The notes under the pieces: generated by a model
Databases searched by the model: none
What the model saw: only the letters and a program-made list of their open reading frames with translations
What the model was told of the DNA's origin: nothing
Translations under genes and position numbers: made by a program
Part shown: one piece after another, positions 10,006 to 19,646 of the stretch
Layout of the letters: each line of letters opens with the position of its first letter
Numbering within the stretch: the stretch's first letter is position 1
Assembly (NCBI GenBank): GCA_963837955.1
Contig: CAWIPH010000002.1
Coordinates: 1,056,001-1,120,000, forward strand
Reading direction: 5' to 3'
DNA length: 64,000 nt
Source of the DNA: an uncultured Verrucomicrobiae bacterium
GTDB lineage: Bacteria > Verrucomicrobiota > Verrucomicrobiia > Chthoniobacterales > JAFAMB01

Positions 10006-11184
10006 TCACGCTTTCGAGTCTTCGATCAACTTTGCAAACTGATCGAAGAAATAGGTGGCGTCATGTGGACCAGGTGCGGCCTCCGGGTGGTACTGGACGC
10101 TAAAGACCGGATGATTGCGATGCCGCATCCCTTCCACCGTACCGTCGTTGAGGTTGATGTGTGTAACTTCCACGTCGGCCGGGAGAGATTCGGCATCGAC
10201 CGCAAAACCATGATTTTGTGCGGTGATTGAAATTCTTCCGGTGTTCAAATCCTTCACTGGCTGATTTCCGCCCCGATGACCAAACTTGAGTTTTGTCCGT
10301 TTTCCGCCATAGGCAAAGCCGAGAAGTTGGTGTCCGAGGCAAATACCGAAGATTGGGCACTTCCCGATCAGGCTTTTTAGCTCCAGATATAGGTATTCCA
10401 AGGCTCCTGGATCCCCGGGACCGGGCGAGAGAAACACTCCCTCAGGTTTTAAAGCGAGCACAGCTGCCGCTGAGGTCGCTGCCGGGACGACTGTCACCTT
10501 AAAGCCGTGCTGGCGCAGTCTGCGCAAGATGTTGAACTTGAGCCCGTAATCGTAAGCAACGATACGGTGACGAATCGGTGGAAGCTTTTTGTAAGCCTGC
10601 CCGTTGTCTAAAGTTGCCTCGACTTCGTCACCGCCACCTTTGATCAGGGTCCATTCCCGGCTCAACTTGTCACTAGGATCCCACTCATAACTATCTTTCG
10701 TCGTAACCTCTTTGACGTAATCGGAGCCGACCATTTCCGGTGCCGCCTTGGCCAGACGGACCGCCTGGTCCGGATTGTCACTCTCTGTTGTAATGCAGGC
10801 GTTCATGGCTCCTCGAACCCGAAGATGTTTGGTTAGCGCACGCGTGTCTACGCCCTGTATCGCGGAGACCTTCCAGCGCTTGAGATAGTCATCGAGCGAT
10901 CCGTTCGCTCGCCAACTACTGGTGACTGCAGACAGCTCTCCCACCACGAAGCCGCGGACATGCGGATTGAGACTTTCGTCATCCAATCCATTGACACCGT
11001 AATTGCCGATTAGCGGATAGGTCATCGCCACGATCTGACCGCGGTAGGACGGGTCGGTCAACACTTCCTGGTAGCCCGTCATCGTCGTGTTGAAACAAAT
11101 CTCGCCAACAGCGGTGCCTTCAGCGCCAAACGGTTCACCGTGAAAGACGCGCCCATCTTCGAGAGCGATCAGAGCCTGCTTCAT
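10006..11184 (-). CDS. carA: Carbamoyl-phosphate synthase small subunit
   Basis: GYQEVLTDPSY, SPGPGDP, FGICLGHQ, QNHGFAV and QYHPEA motifs. Confidence 0.97.
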   Translation of the reverse strand: MKQALIALEDGRVFHGEPFGAEGTAVGEICFNTTMTGYQEVLTDPSYRGQIVAMTYPLIGNYGVNGLDDESLNPHVRGFVVGELSAVTSSWRANGSLDDYLKRWKVSAIQGVDTRALTKHLRVRGAMNACITTESDNPDQAVRLAKAAPEMVGSDYVKEVTTKDSYEWDPSDKLSREWTLIKGGGDEVEATLDNGQAYKKLPPIRHRIVAYDYGLKFNILRRLRQHGFKVTVVPAATSAAAVLALKPEGVFLSPGPGDPGALEYLYLELKSLIGKCPIFGICLGHQLLGFAYGGKRTKLKFGHRGGNQPVKDLNTGRISITAQNHGFAVDAESLPADVEVTHINLNDGTVEGMRHRNHPVFSVQYHPEAAPGPHDATYFFDQFAKLIEDSKA

Positions 11185-11282
11185 TTCGGGCGGAAATATC
11201 GGGGCGATCATCGCTTTTCCAAGTGGAAAGTGTCGAACGCAGCAGCCCAACAGCCAATATTCCGTAGCGATCCCACAACGTG

Positions 11283-11415
11283 CGAATGCGCGTTAACACA
11301 AACCCCGGACGGGAGGGATCGCAGCCTGTCCGACATAGCTTTTGATGCATCGCGCTCAACGACCGTGCGCTTTTGCGACGTCGGATCCTCGCGATCCGCG
11401 GGTTGCGCATGCGCG
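11283..11415. repeat. REP-like hairpin interrupted by a GTCCGAC...GTCGGA micro-element (11328-11385)
   Basis: Removing 11328-11385 restores the hairpin GGATCGC-agccttcctc-GCGATCC. Confidence 0.7.
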
Positions 11416-11503
11416 TCGCCATAGGGCCGATATCTGGTCTCTGCCCTGGAGGGGAGGGCGCACAGCCAATCCGACATGGCGCGAAGTGGGGAACGCCGGG
11501 AGC

Positions 11504-11734
11504 CGTCCCGGAGGGACGCAATGAAAGTAGCCCAGTACGAAGTGCTGGGAAAAATGTAAAAAGAGACGTCCGTCCCGTCAGGGACGATAGAAGCGTTTTG
11601 GTTCCTTGTCCTCTCGTATGCCGGCTTCACCAGCGTAAAGAGCCATCGATCGTCCCGTCCGGGACGGGTCGGTTCTTTTGAAGGCCTCCCCAGCACTTCG
11701 TACTGGGCTACTTTCATTGAGTCCCTCCGGGACG
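11504..11734. repeat. REPIN/MITE-like element with about 46 bp terminal inverted repeats (family C)
   Basis: CGTCCCGGAGGGACGCAATGAAAGTAGCCCAGTACGAAGTGCTGGG 11504-11549 versus 11689-11734; internal CGTCCCGTC(A/C)GGGACG hairpins. Confidence 0.9.
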
Positions 11735-11746
11735 ACTGCGAAACCG

Positions 11747-13027
11747 CTACCGAAGAGATCGACTATTGGTCATCGCCCTGGCCAAAGCCGGTGCAAGGTT
11801 TCCGCGCTTACTTACCGCGATGCGCTCTAGGTTCAACCAACGGCCGAGATCCGATAGTTCAGTACTCAATGGTTCAACGATATCTTCTGGTTTAGTCCCG
11901 GCTTCGTGATGAGCCGACAAGACTTTCAAGGTACCGGTCGCTCGGTCCGCCTTCAGATCCAGACGGGCCACGAAGGCCTCTCCTAAAAGGAACGGTACGA
12001 CATAGTATCCGTGTTCCCGTTTATGAGCAGGCGTGTAGATTTCGATTCGATAGCGAAATCCAAACAGTCTTTCGGCTCGCCGCCGATCCCAAAGCAGCGG
12101 ATCAAATGGCGATACCAGCGCTTTTGCTCCGATCTGCCGGGGTAGGTGCGCTTTCGGATCGAGGAAAGCCGGCTGGGACCAGCCGTCCACCTTTACCTGG
12201 GTCAATTCGCCCGCCGCTACTAGCTCCTCGATCCCTCTCTGACCCGCCTTCGGCGTGAGTCGAAAGTACTCGCGTAAATCGCTGGCAGTGGCTATCCCCA
12301 ACGCTCTTGCCGCAACCCGGAGGAGCATCCGGTGTCCATCCGTTTCTGACACTTCTTCGGGGCGAAAATTCGGGAACACTCGTCCGGTCAAATCGTAGAC
12401 TCGTTCGAAATTGCGACGGTTTGCGGTCGTAAGTCGCCCTATCCAAAAAAGCCACTCAACAGCTCTCTTGCAATCGCTCCACCCCCACCAGCCAGCGGTC
12501 CGGCGCTCGGCCAGCAGGACTTTCTCAAGTTGGCCGGCGCTCATCGGCCCGCAGTCTCGGATCTCGGACTCAATTCGCCGGAGTAGCTCCGGTTGCTCGG
12601 TCGCAATGTCTCTAACCCCTCTCCAGACTCCTTCGCCAGTGCTCGATTTTCGCATGCGCCATCCCAAATAGGAAAGTAGATCCAAACGGATGAGCGAAGC
12701 TTCATGGCCCCAATACTCGAAGAGATGGCGTTTTCGCGGATGGTAGGCTGCTTCGTCCAACCATTCCACCGGATAGGGACCAAGCCGGGAGAAGAACGGC
12801 ATGTAATGAGCTCGGACAAGCACGTTCACCGAGTCGATCTGAACTAGGCCGAGGCGTTCGAGAATTGCTTTGAAGTGCCGCCGGGAAAGGGATTGCGGTC
12901 GCGGCAGTGCGAACCCCTGCGCGGCCAATGCGATCCGCCTGGCTTCAGTGGCGGAAAATCTGGCCCGCTTTGACCAGCGACCCCCCGGTTTCAGAGCGGT
13001 GCTGTTCGATTCCCGGGAATCATGCAT
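11747..13027 (-). CDS. YcaQ/AlkZ-family (HTH_42) crosslink-repair DNA glycosylase
   Basis: LVQIDSVNVLVRAHY, FEYWGHEAS, SPFDPL and YRIEIY...GYY motifs. Confidence 0.9.
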   Translation of the reverse strand: MHDSRESNSTALKPGGRWSKRARFSATEARRIALAAQGFALPRPQSLSRRHFKAILERLGLVQIDSVNVLVRAHYMPFFSRLGPYPVEWLDEAAYHPRKRHLFEYWGHEASLIRLDLLSYLGWRMRKSSTGEGVWRGVRDIATEQPELLRRIESEIRDCGPMSAGQLEKVLLAERRTAGWWGWSDCKRAVEWLFWIGRLTTANRRNFERVYDLTGRVFPNFRPEEVSETDGHRMLLRVAARALGIATASDLREYFRLTPKAGQRGIEELVAAGELTQVKVDGWSQPAFLDPKAHLPRQIGAKALVSPFDPLLWDRRRAERLFGFRYRIEIYTPAHKREHGYYVVPFLLGEAFVARLDLKADRATGTLKVLSAHHEAGTKPEDIVEPLSTELSDLGRWLNLERIAVSKRGNLAPALARAMTNSRSLR

Positions 13028-13051
13028 GGCCGTCCCACTGTTCTCGCCGGC

Positions 13052-14338
13052 TTACCACGAGAGCTGGTTCCAGTAAGTCACCGCACCATTATGTTTTTTT
13101 ACAAAGCGGACCGAGCCGTCCTGCGAAATGACAATGGCTACGCAATTGGGATTCTGATCGCAGAGCCGATAAACGGCGCGATGGCGCGTCCCAACATCGT
13201 CGAGTGCTTCCTTCGCCCAGATCTCTGCTTCAAGATCCATTGCTCGCCTGACGCCGGTCAACTCAGGCGCTTCCGACAAAAGTTCTGCGCCAAATCCGAC
13301 GATCTCGTTACGTTTGGTCAGAATCAGCGCACCATCGACCGCCATCAAATCCGCGAGAAAATGGGCGAACTCAAAAAGCGCTTCATCAAGTTCGCTTAAT
13401 TCGTGATCGGCAAAGCTTTGATACTCCATCCAGCCAACGTCCTTAATCTTTTGTTCATGGGCCAAGTGCGCAAGCCGAGCGAACGCCGCTGACAACAAGG
13501 CTCGGTAACGTGAGCGTTGTTCATCGTTCGTTAACCGATACTTAAAACGGATCGCCTTAGACGTGACAAAAGCCGATTCTTCTTCTGGCTCGATATATAC
13601 GAGAGTTCCCCCATGTTTCGAGTCTCGCACCACGCTCAACGTTCTCCGCAGCACATTTTGAGAAATGACACGAAGGAACTCTGCGTTGAGCGGAACGTAC
13701 GGCAGGTCAAGATTGCCATAAATGGACTTCAGGGTGGCCGCCCGAACGCTTTTAAAGGACTCAGGAAGCCAGCTGGATTGGAAGAGGTCGAAAGCGTTGG
13801 CCTCCAGTTGACCACTGCTCAGTGCTGCCACGCGTTGATGGCCGACAAAAACGGTTAACCGACCCGGACCTAGCGCGTGAATGACGACGCGTTGGGGGAG
13901 AGGCGCGCTGGAGAATCGGCCGCCATCCACGGCATTAACCCAACGGGTTCCCGAAAGCAAAATACCCCAAATCTTGAGCTGTTCCTCTGAATCGGGGTAC
14001 ACACCGATAAGCGACCGGAAAAAGTCTGCGGCCATCGATATGCGTCGGACCTCTTGTTCATTAAAAGGTCGCGGACGATCAAGCGAGAAACCGGCGACTG
14101 AGATCGGAGGCATCTCCGGTTTGATCAGCTCGTCCGGATTTCCCAGGAGCAGCCGGAACGTCACCGGACGCAGTTCTTCCCGCAGCAGGCTCGCGTGGTA
14201 AGCGACATCAAGCAAGAAGCGCAAATGACTGTCGCTGGGCAAATGATCGAGCGCATCGGCAGGCCACACCTTCTTGACCAACTCGGCGAGCTGGCCCGGA
14301 TAGGAGTATCCAAGATAACTGTGAAGCCGATGCGTCAT
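13052..14338 (-). CDS. Standalone diadenylate cyclase (DisA_N/DAC) with N-terminal DACNV-like sensor domain
   Basis: C-terminal DGALIL, GTRHRA and ISQDG DAC motifs; N-terminal AYHASLLREELRPV; no TM helices. Confidence 0.82.
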   Translation of the reverse strand: MTHRLHSYLGYSYPGQLAELVKKVWPADALDHLPSDSHLRFLLDVAYHASLLREELRPVTFRLLLGNPDELIKPEMPPISVAGFSLDRPRPFNEQEVRRISMAADFFRSLIGVYPDSEEQLKIWGILLSGTRWVNAVDGGRFSSAPLPQRVVIHALGPGRLTVFVGHQRVAALSSGQLEANAFDLFQSSWLPESFKSVRAATLKSIYGNLDLPYVPLNAEFLRVISQNVLRRTLSVVRDSKHGGTLVYIEPEEESAFVTSKAIRFKYRLTNDEQRSRYRALLSAAFARLAHLAHEQKIKDVGWMEYQSFADHELSELDEALFEFAHFLADLMAVDGALILTKRNEIVGFGAELLSEAPELTGVRRAMDLEAEIWAKEALDDVGTRHRAVYRLCDQNPNCVAIVISQDGSVRFVKKHNGAVTYWNQLSW

Positions 14339-14439
14339 GAGTAAGTGATTCTAAAGGCCATACTTAATAGCGACCGGTTAGTGATTGCAACGATCGGTGT
14401 GCTCAATGACTAGTTCGTAATCAGAGGGAAGCGGACGGA

Positions 14440-14608
14440 GCCTATCGGCATTCGCCCGCCGCCCGGTAGCGGCGACTAGCTTAGTCCGACATAGTCCGAT
14501 GATTGCCATTATCACATTGTTTTCATCAGCCGACGTCGGATCCCCCGTTAGGCTTAGAGTGTGAGCTCGACCATCAAGTTCAATCAAGGGTCCATGTCTG
14601 ACACCCAT
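14440..14608 (-). pseudogene. Fragment of a pyridine nucleotide-disulfide oxidoreductase, interrupted by a 57 bp micro-element
   Basis: Excising 14484-14540 gives LTGDKLVAATGRRANADRL, resembling the xATGRxPN motif. Confidence 0.5.
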
Positions 14609-14621
14609 TACGCCGACACGC

Positions 14622-14690
14622 CGGGAGCGCCGGCTTGTCCGACGAAGCCTGCCGGAGTTTCAGACGACGGAGCGAAGTAGGAGAACGCCA
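14622..14690. repeat. REP family B with micro-element (14637-14682)
   Basis: Near-identical reverse-complement copy at 33781-33847. Confidence 0.88.
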
Positions 14691-14700
14691 AACGCGCCCA

Positions 14701-15555
14701 CTACCGGATGAGGAAGAACTTCGCGATGCAGTAGTCGAGAAACTCGGCTGGCAGCCGGCGGGGTATACTCCATTCCACGAGCCGATTAGGCACGATGGCG
14801 TAACGGGCCCGGGGCCTTCGAGCGGTTAGGACACGCCAGATCAGTTCGCCCACTCTTTCGGGCGGAAAGCCACTTTTTGCTTCTTTCATTGCTTGCTCTG
14901 CCAGGCGGCGCAGCGATCGATCATACGGTGTATCCGGAAACTGTTGAACGACGACGCCTTCCGCTTTGTCCCAGATCGGGGTTACTATTGCGCCCGGTTC
15001 GATCAGAATAACATTGATCCCGAAAAGCATCAGTTCTCGTCGTAAGGAATCGGAATATCCTTCCAGCCCAAATTTGGAAGCCGCATAAGCACCGAGGAAT
15101 GGTACTGCAAGTCGCCCGCTGACCGAGCTGATGTTAACGATGCGCCCCGGTTTTCCCTTGCCGTTTGGATCGATTCCGAGCATCGGCAAGAAAGCTTGCG
15201 TCACGGTGTGAACTCCCAAAAGATTTACCTCCAGCTGCAGCCGGAAACGCTCGAGCGGCAGGTAGGCGAGCGGGCCGGCGACCGCGATACCTGCATTGTT
15301 AACGAGTCCAGCCAGCCGCTGGCCTTCCAATGCTCTTTTAACAGTCACCGCGGCTTCATTTACCGCGTCGGGATCGGTTACATCGAAAATAAGAGGGGTG
15401 TAGTCTTTTCCAAGTTGCTTCGTTAACCGTTCAGCGTCGGCCGGAGTGCGTACACTGCCAAAGACGTGAAACCCATGCTGGATGAGTACCTGGCAAGCCG
15501 CAAACCCGATTCCAGTGGATGCGCCGGTGATGACCACGTCTCGCATATCGTTCAT
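14701..15555 (-). CDS. SDR family NAD(P)-dependent oxidoreductase
   Basis: TGASTGIG, NNAG and YAASK motifs; ATGA overlap with pdxY. Confidence 0.93.
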   Translation of the reverse strand: MNDMRDVVITGASTGIGFAACQVLIQHGFHVFGSVRTPADAERLTKQLGKDYTPLIFDVTDPDAVNEAAVTVKRALEGQRLAGLVNNAGIAVAGPLAYLPLERFRLQLEVNLLGVHTVTQAFLPMLGIDPNGKGKPGRIVNISSVSGRLAVPFLGAYAASKFGLEGYSDSLRRELMLFGINVILIEPGAIVTPIWDKAEGVVVQQFPDTPYDRSLRRLAEQAMKEAKSGFPPERVGELIWRVLTARRPRARYAIVPNRLVEWSIPRRLPAEFLDYCIAKFFLIR

Positions 15556-16418
15556 TTGTGTGAAGTTCCGCTAATTGCCCGGGCCACAAACCTTCGTGGT
15601 GGATTCGCGATTGCATCTTGAGCGGCAATGAGCTGGATCTCGGGTGCGCCGTCTTCTGCTGTCTTTTCCAATACGGCAAAGATCGCGTTCACGGTGAGAT
15701 CCAGTGCCGTGCTGATCGACTGAGTTCGTAGCCAGTGAGCGAAAAAAAGTGCTGCGACCGCATCACCGGCACCGTTCACAGTGATCGGTAGCTTTGGCGT
15801 GGCGATCACGTATGCCGATTCAAGATCGGCAGCCAGCACTTCAATTTCGTCGCCGCGGCCGTCTTCCCGGCACAAACTGGTGACAAGAACAACTGAGGGA
15901 CCGCGTTCCTGCAGAGCTCGCACTGCCGCAAGCGCGGTCTGGATATCTCCCACGAGTGAACCAGCCAGGAATTGCAGCTCAAATTGATTTGGCGTGATGA
16001 GCGTGGCCGCCGGCAAAGCTCTGTCCCTCATAAATTCCGGAATGCCTGGTCGCACAAAGAATCCTCTATCGGTGTCGCCCATCACCGGGTCCAAGCAGTA
16101 TGTCGCCTTAGGATTTACGCGTCGTATACGCTGGTACACATCGAGTATCACTTCGCCGAGTTTAGCATCGCCGAGATAACCGCTGAGCACGCCATCACAG
16201 GTGGGCAGAACTCCCCGCTCTTCAATTCCCTGAACGATGTCGCGGACAACCTCTACCGGGAGGACCGCGCCGCGCCATTTACCGTAGCCAGTGTGATTGG
16301 AGAAATGGACCGTGTTCACTGGCCAGACTTCGACGCCGATGCGCTGAAGAGGGAAGACCGCGGCGCTGTTGCCAACGTGGCCGTAAGCAACGCTCGATTG
16401 GATGGAAAGAATGTTCAA
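15552..16418 (-). CDS. pdxY: Pyridoxal kinase
   Basis: ILSIQSSVAYGHVGNSAA, FSNHTGYG, DPVMGD, TPNQFE and GAGD motifs. Confidence 0.95.
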   Translation of the reverse strand: MNILSIQSSVAYGHVGNSAAVFPLQRIGVEVWPVNTVHFSNHTGYGKWRGAVLPVEVVRDIVQGIEERGVLPTCDGVLSGYLGDAKLGEVILDVYQRIRRVNPKATYCLDPVMGDTDRGFFVRPGIPEFMRDRALPAATLITPNQFELQFLAGSLVGDIQTALAAVRALQERGPSVVLVTSLCREDGRGDEIEVLAADLESAYVIATPKLPITVNGAGDAVAALFFAHWLRTQSISTALDLTVNAIFAVLEKTAEDGAPEIQLIAAQDAIANPPRRFVARAISGTSHK

Positions 16419-16494
16419 GATAAGGGTCCAGTCCCCGAACTAACGACTTGCAGTTAACCGGGCTGCGTTCGATTCGCAACAAGAGGCCACGAAG

Positions 16495-16790
16495 AAAGAT
16501 TTTTTAAACAGGAGGTCGCAGAGGCCGAGTAGCCTGATGCTCCGCCTCAGGAGATTGGCGCCGTCGGAGGGTGCGCCGCTTGCGGCGCCCGTGAACGGCC
16601 CAACGCTCACCGAGGAATCGAGGTGAAAGATTCTGTTTCCGCGCATGTTGAACTGAAAGAAATTGCCGAGGACAATCGATCATCGTGGCCGCTCCCGGGC
16701 GCCGCAAGCGGCGCACCCTCCGAGGCGCCTTGGATTCCTGAGGCGGAGAAAGATTCTTAAACAGGAGATCACAGACATCTCAAAGAGGGG
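16495..16790. repeat. Nested REP element: family A doublet inside an outer IR, flanked by AAACAGGAG(G/A)TC(G/A)CAGA direct repeats
   Basis: Inner arms 16564-16600 / 16687-16723; outer arms 16540-16562 / 16724-16748; direct repeats at about 16495 and 16748, with a third copy at about 44950. Confidence 0.88.
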
Positions 16791-16854
16791 ATTCCGATTT
16801 TACCGAGCCCTCGCATTTTCAACGCAGGCGATGGCGGCTGGGCCGGCTACCAGA

Positions 16855-17811
16855 TCATACCCGCAACCTGACTCGCGCGAACTTCCGGAACATGCCTATC
16901 CCCAAGAGAAGTCCGGATCCGATGAGAATGTACCCATTGAAGGACAGCTCTGGAACAGGCGAAAGCAAGGCGTTAATCTGTGGGTCGTATTGGGTTAGAT
17001 CGGCAAAGACGTTTGTGCTGCCAACGCCGGCAGTGTTCAGAATCGATGTTCCAGCAGGTTGATTCGGGAGCACGCCCGTTGCGTCGAGCATACCGGCTAG
17101 TTGCCATTGACCCGCTTGGTGCACGAAAACTCCGCCACCCGAATCACCGGCAGTGAGGGCTGCGTTATTGGTTTGGTCCAAGAAATTGGTATAAAGCGCG
17201 GCGGTATTGTTGAGTCCCATTGTTTGCCCGGCGACGAGCCCGGTCCCCCAGCGTTCAACACCGGGTTGAGGGCCGCTCCACTGATAGCCGATGCGGTTGG
17301 CCAACGGGTCGCCGGCGAAAGTTTGGGTCCACGCGCCGCCATTGTCGATCCAGTAAGTGCGGTTAGCTAAGCGGTCTCTCCCGAAGCCGACCATGTAGAC
17401 CTGACTTCCGTTCGTTGGCGTTGAAGACGCAAAGCTGAGAGGTGCCAAACCCGGATTCCCACTAATTTGATAAAGGAAAACATCACTAAGCGAATTGTCT
17501 GCATTCAGCAGTTGATGGCCCGAACCTGCGATTGCGGAGTAGCTCGTACCGCCCAGTACGAATGGCCCCAACCCAACGTGATTCGCAGTGAGCACCCAGG
17601 ATTTGCCGTTATAGTTCCCTAGGAAAATACCCGAGGCGACATTGTTGACTGTTCCGACATACCCGAAGGGGAGCCCTGTGCCCGGATCGGTGGTATTCGT
17701 GGTGCTATTCCCGGAGGCCAGAATAACGGCCCGAAGCTCGATAGCATGGAATCCAAGGAGCAGAACCAAGCAGATCCGCATCCAACATCCGCATTGTCGA
17801 GGAGTAACCAT
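16855..17811 (-). CDS. Secreted trypsin-like serine protease with PEP-CTERM-like sorting signal
   Basis: Signal peptide, LTANHV (His), GDSGGG (Ser), C-terminal VPELS + TM + basic tail. Confidence 0.82.
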   Translation of the reverse strand: MVTPRQCGCWMRICLVLLLGFHAIELRAVILASGNSTTNTTDPGTGLPFGYVGTVNNVASGIFLGNYNGKSWVLTANHVGLGPFVLGGTSYSAIAGSGHQLLNADNSLSDVFLYQISGNPGLAPLSFASSTPTNGSQVYMVGFGRDRLANRTYWIDNGGAWTQTFAGDPLANRIGYQWSGPQPGVERWGTGLVAGQTMGLNNTAALYTNFLDQTNNAALTAGDSGGGVFVHQAGQWQLAGMLDATGVLPNQPAGTSILNTAGVGSTNVFADLTQYDPQINALLSPVPELSFNGYILIGSGLLLGIGMFRKFARVRLRV

Positions 17812-18055
17812 GAGCCGGTCGGCTCGTGATTATGAATATTATCGAAAACATGTAAATAATGAAAAACATGTCTATTCACGATGGTGCGAACTGAAAACGG
17901 GATAGCCAAGAAGCAAAAGGCCGATCCGCATCGACCACTCTCATAGGCTTCCGGAGAGCGTGAGTGATTTAGATGGTTCTTCTAGATTTGATCCGGCTGG
18001 AACGGCCACAAGGAGAGGCCCGGCTAGGAATGGTGGAGACAACACTTATACTCGC

Positions 18056-19108
18056 TCAAGGCACCTTCGGCTGCGCTTGGCCAGGATCGGTCCCCATCGA
18101 TTTTTGGATCGCGGGAAGACCATGTCTCCGCCACACCCGACCGCCCTCGATTAGCTGCCAGACGATGAGTCCGGGCACCCCGAGCGCCAGTTCGCGCACC
18201 CTTCGGATCAGGGCCAGAGCGAACGCCGCCTCTCCCGGTATACCTAACATTCCACCAACGAAAAGATATCCGCCCTCATGTACGCCGATAGCGCCGGGAA
18301 TGAAGAAAAGCGCCGAGCGCACCCCCTGCCCAACACTTTCGAGGATGAGCGCTTTATCGAATCCTGCCGGCACACCCAGGGCGTTCAGCCCGATCCAGAC
18401 CTCGGCCGAGCCAATTACCCAAGAAGTCATCGTGCATAGGCAACAGGCGAAGATTGCGTGCCACCGCGCGTAGATGTCGCGAAGAACCGCGTCTACTTCG
18501 CCACCTTTGCCGGCCAGCGAACGCCACTTTGGATCGCTAGCCCAACGTGAGACGATGGTTGTGAACAGGCGAAACATGCCCAGTCGCTGGACAACATAAA
18601 AACCTGCGACGGCCACAATGGCCAACGGTGCCCCAGCCAGGGCTGGTCCCATCAGGTTCGTTTGGCCGGTTGCCAGAATAAGTAAGCCTAAACCCAACAG
18701 GGTAAAAAAGGTTTGGGTAAATACGCTCACCGTGATGTCGACAAGCACAGTCGCCGTCGCTACAGCCATACGAGTGCCGTTCAGCACCGCCAACCGGGCC
18801 CGCACAAAATCGCCGCCCACCTGCGCAGCGGGAAGAAGGTTGCTAACCGATTCGCCCAGCCAACGTATCCAGAAAATTTTGCGATACCGTACCTGTTCCC
18901 GTCCCGGAAAGAGTACCCACCAGCCCATCCCGTCCAATAACATCGGGATCAGATGACAAGCGGCGATCACCGCTAGCCACCAGCCCACGGCAGCCAAAGC
19001 CCGAACCACATCAGACGCGCCTTGACGGACAAGTAGAATCGTAAAGAGCGCGGCTCCGGCCAAGCCGAGCAGGTAAGCTGTGAATTGAATTTTCGGAGGG
19101 TGTTTCAA
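18056..19108 (-). CDS. Lysylphosphatidylglycerol synthase-TM / HpnL-like flippase-domain membrane protein
   Basis: RWLGESVSNLLPAAQVGGD and IPGAIGVHEGG motifs; multiple TM helices. Confidence 0.8.
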   Translation of the reverse strand: MKHPPKIQFTAYLLGLAGAALFTILLVRQGASDVVRALAAVGWWLAVIAACHLIPMLLDGMGWWVLFPGREQVRYRKIFWIRWLGESVSNLLPAAQVGGDFVRARLAVLNGTRMAVATATVLVDITVSVFTQTFFTLLGLGLLILATGQTNLMGPALAGAPLAIVAVAGFYVVQRLGMFRLFTTIVSRWASDPKWRSLAGKGGEVDAVLRDIYARWHAIFACCLCTMTSWVIGSAEVWIGLNALGVPAGFDKALILESVGQGVRSALFFIPGAIGVHEGGYLFVGGMLGIPGEAAFALALIRRVRELALGVPGLIVWQLIEGGRVWRRHGLPAIQKSMGTDPGQAQPKVP

Positions 19109-19201
19109 TGTTCTCTCAATAAAGACTCCGGGCGGGTTAGCGCAATAGGCGGCGTCGTAGCATTTGCGGATTCTAAGTCCGGTATTTCTGTGTTCCTTGT
19201 C

Positions 19202-19645
19202 TCATTTCGGCTGCTCGTTGATGAGCAACCAATAATGGCCGGCTAACGCGACAGCTTCAGAGAAGTTATCGAAGTTGACCGGCTTGACGATGTAGCTGTT
19301 GACGCCGAGTCGGTAGCTTTCAACGAGGTCTTGTTCTTCCTGCGAAGAGGTGAGGATAACCACCGGGATCAGTCTGGTTTCTTCGCGCGAGCGCAGTTGG
19401 CGAAGCACTTCCAGCCCATCGATTTTCGGGAGTTTTAGATCGAGCAACACTAGCTTCGGCTTGTGATTTGTGTCGCGACCCGAATGAGACCCGTTGCCGA
19501 AAAGCCAGTTACTGGCTTCCTCGCCGTCTCTAACGTGCAAGACGTTATTAGCGAGTCTGCGTTTTCGTAATGCGCGGAGAGTCAGCTCAGCGTCGTGAGG
19601 GTTGTCTTCGACCAAGAGGATTTCGACCGCATTTGGAGTTGGCAT
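19202..19645 (-). CDS. Single-domain response regulator (Rcp1-like)
   Basis: [20 protein letters not shown] and YIVKP motifs; ATG at 19645. Confidence 0.93.
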   Translation of the reverse strand: MPTPNAVEILLVEDNPHDAELTLRALRKRRLANNVLHVRDGEEASNWLFGNGSHSGRDTNHKPKLVLLDLKLPKIDGLEVLRQLRSREETRLIPVVILTSSQEEQDLVESYRLGVNSYIVKPVNFDNFSEAVALAGHYWLLINEQPK

Positions 19646-19646
19646 T

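Noticed and set aside
11135..11717. ORFs of 60-169 aa upstream of carA
   Set aside because: They lie over REP/inverted-repeat DNA and show no recognisable motifs
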